The position numbers and the translations under genes are program-made. This document shows, piece by piece, positions 62,726-64,000 of a stretch of DNA of 64,000 nucleotides; positions within the stretch are counted from its first letter, which is position 1; each line of letters begins with the position of its first letter. The notes below the pieces were generated by a model. That model had not been told where the DNA came from and did not search any database. It saw nothing but the letters and a program-made list of their open reading frames with translations. This DNA comes from Octopus sinensis (Eukaryota): NCBI RefSeq assembly GCF_006345805.1, contig NW_021835038.1:5416-69415 (forward strand). The letters are read 5' to 3'.

Positions 62726-63088
62726 CTCTTTTACTCTTTTTACTCGTTTCAGTCATTTGACTGCGGCCATGCTGGAGCACCGCCTTTTTAGTCGATCAAA
62801 TCGACCCCAGGACTTATTCGCTGTAAGCCTAGTACTTATTCTATCGGTCTCTTTTGCCGAACCGCTAAGTTACGGGGACGTAAACACACCAGCATCGGTT
62901 GTCAAGCGATATTGGGGGGACAAACACAGACACACAGACACACAAACACACACACACATACCACACACACACACACACACATATACGACGGGCTTCTTTC
63001 AGTTTTCCGTCTACCAAATCCACTCACAAGGCTTTGGTCGGCGCGAGGCTATAGTAGAAGGTGCCACGCAGTGGGACTGAACCCGAAA
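62726..63088 (-). mobile_element. SINE family A
   Basis: tcgtttcagtcatttgactgcggccatgctggagcaccgcc to gtgggactgaacccg. Confidence 0.9.
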
Positions 63089-63102
63089 CTATAATAATAA
63101 TA

Positions 63103-63150
<48 letters not shown>

Positions 63151-63151
<1 letters not shown>

Positions 63152-63312
63152 GAGAGTGGAGCAGTTGCATAAAACAGCACTGCTTGGAACCGCTCAAATA
63201 CACCGGATGGTGCGCGAAAAGTAAATGGTGTCATTTTAGTTCACTGGTAGTGAACAGCTGACACCGTAGTACATCTCCATCCTTAGAGGCCATGCAAATA
63301 CAATAGAATAAT
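63151..63312 (+). mobile_element. R4/Dong-type LINE 3' end fragment after (AAT)n
   Basis: RVEQLHKTALLGTAQIHRMVREK* and a 3' UTR homologous to 38800-38925. Confidence 0.75.
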
Positions 63313-63315
63313 ATA

Positions 63316-63680
63316 ACAAGAGCACTCAGAGAGCACAAACCTCCGCCAAGGCAACACCAACATCCTCTCAACGATTAGCTGGAGATAGTTTTTAAAATGA
63401 GACTATTTGAAATAGACTCGACGGCTCTCACAAGCGAGAATACTAAAAATGAACCCGACCGTCCTCAAAAATTAAGTGAAAAAAAAACAGGAAGAATAAT
63501 CCAGAATCTTTGTCTGGTACCGAATCGATCCCAAAATCTAATTCGTTCGTGCCAATTACAAAACCAAACATCCCTGACGGTTTCATCCAAATCCATCCAA
63601 CGGTTCTTGAGATATCTTGCCCACGGACAAACAAATACGATTGGAAACAATACCTCCGCCATGGCTAAGGCGGAGGTAAT
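63316..63680 (+). mobile_element. Helentron-associated (HINE/DINE-like) element
   Basis: acctccgcc at 63339-63347; 3' hairpin acctccgcc-atggctaa-ggcggaggt 63652-63677; ggtttcatccaaatcc core. Confidence 0.7.
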
Positions 63681-63684
63681 AATC

Positions 63685-63992
63685 CCTTTTACTGGGGGTA
63701 CAAGGCCCCAAATTTGTGGGGAGGGCAGTAGTCGATTGCATCGAGCCCAGTGTCACTGGTACTTAATCTATCGGCGAGCTGGCGAAACGTTAGCGTGCCG
63801 GGCGAAATGCTTAGCGGTATTTCGTCTGGCGAACGTTGTGAGTTCAAATTCGCCGAGGTCGACTTGCCTTTCATCCTTTCGGGGTCGATAAATTAAGTAC
63901 CAGTACGCACTGGGGTCGATGTAATCGACTTAATACCTATGTCTGTCCTTGTTTGTCCCTCTATGTTTAGCCCCTTGTGGGTAATAAAGAAA
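63685..63992. mobile_element. Partial minus-strand SINE B fused to a plus-strand SINE B
   Basis: 63685-63773 is the reverse-orientation 3' part; 63775-63992 is a forward copy ending aaagaaatag-gta. Confidence 0.85.
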
Positions 63993-64000
63993 TAGGTACT

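Overview
AT-rich, microsatellite-saturated eukaryotic non-coding DNA. It is most consistent with a cephalopod (Octopus) genome; this is recalled from the SINE families and repeat landscape, not database-verified. No intact host gene is recognisable, and nearly all long ORFs in the track are translations of simple repeats. The window is a mosaic of: (i) two very abundant tRNA-headed SINE families (called A and B here) plus two rarer ones; (ii) about ten pieces of R4/Dong-type restriction-like-endonuclease LINEs, almost all in (AAT)n arrays; (iii) a decayed Penelope-like element (RT + GIY-YIG) and several PLE-type termini in (TA)n; (iv) L1/Tx1-like, RTE and CR1/L2-like LINE relics; (v) a full-length but frameshifted pogo/Tigger transposon, a related MITE, hAT MITEs and three Helentron/DINE-like elements. 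The most notable hand-folded signals are self-cleaving ribozyme motifs. There are seven type I hammerhead-like motifs, including a compensatory U3-A8 core variant at 7486-7528 and two tandem copies about 550 bp apart in a direct-plus-inverted repeat structure. There is also a CPEB3/HDV-like ribozyme fold whose predicted cleavage site coincides with the 5' end of a TSD-flanked 558-bp RTE-derived non-autonomous element (49137-49694). All folds were done by eye and need computational and biochemical confirmation.
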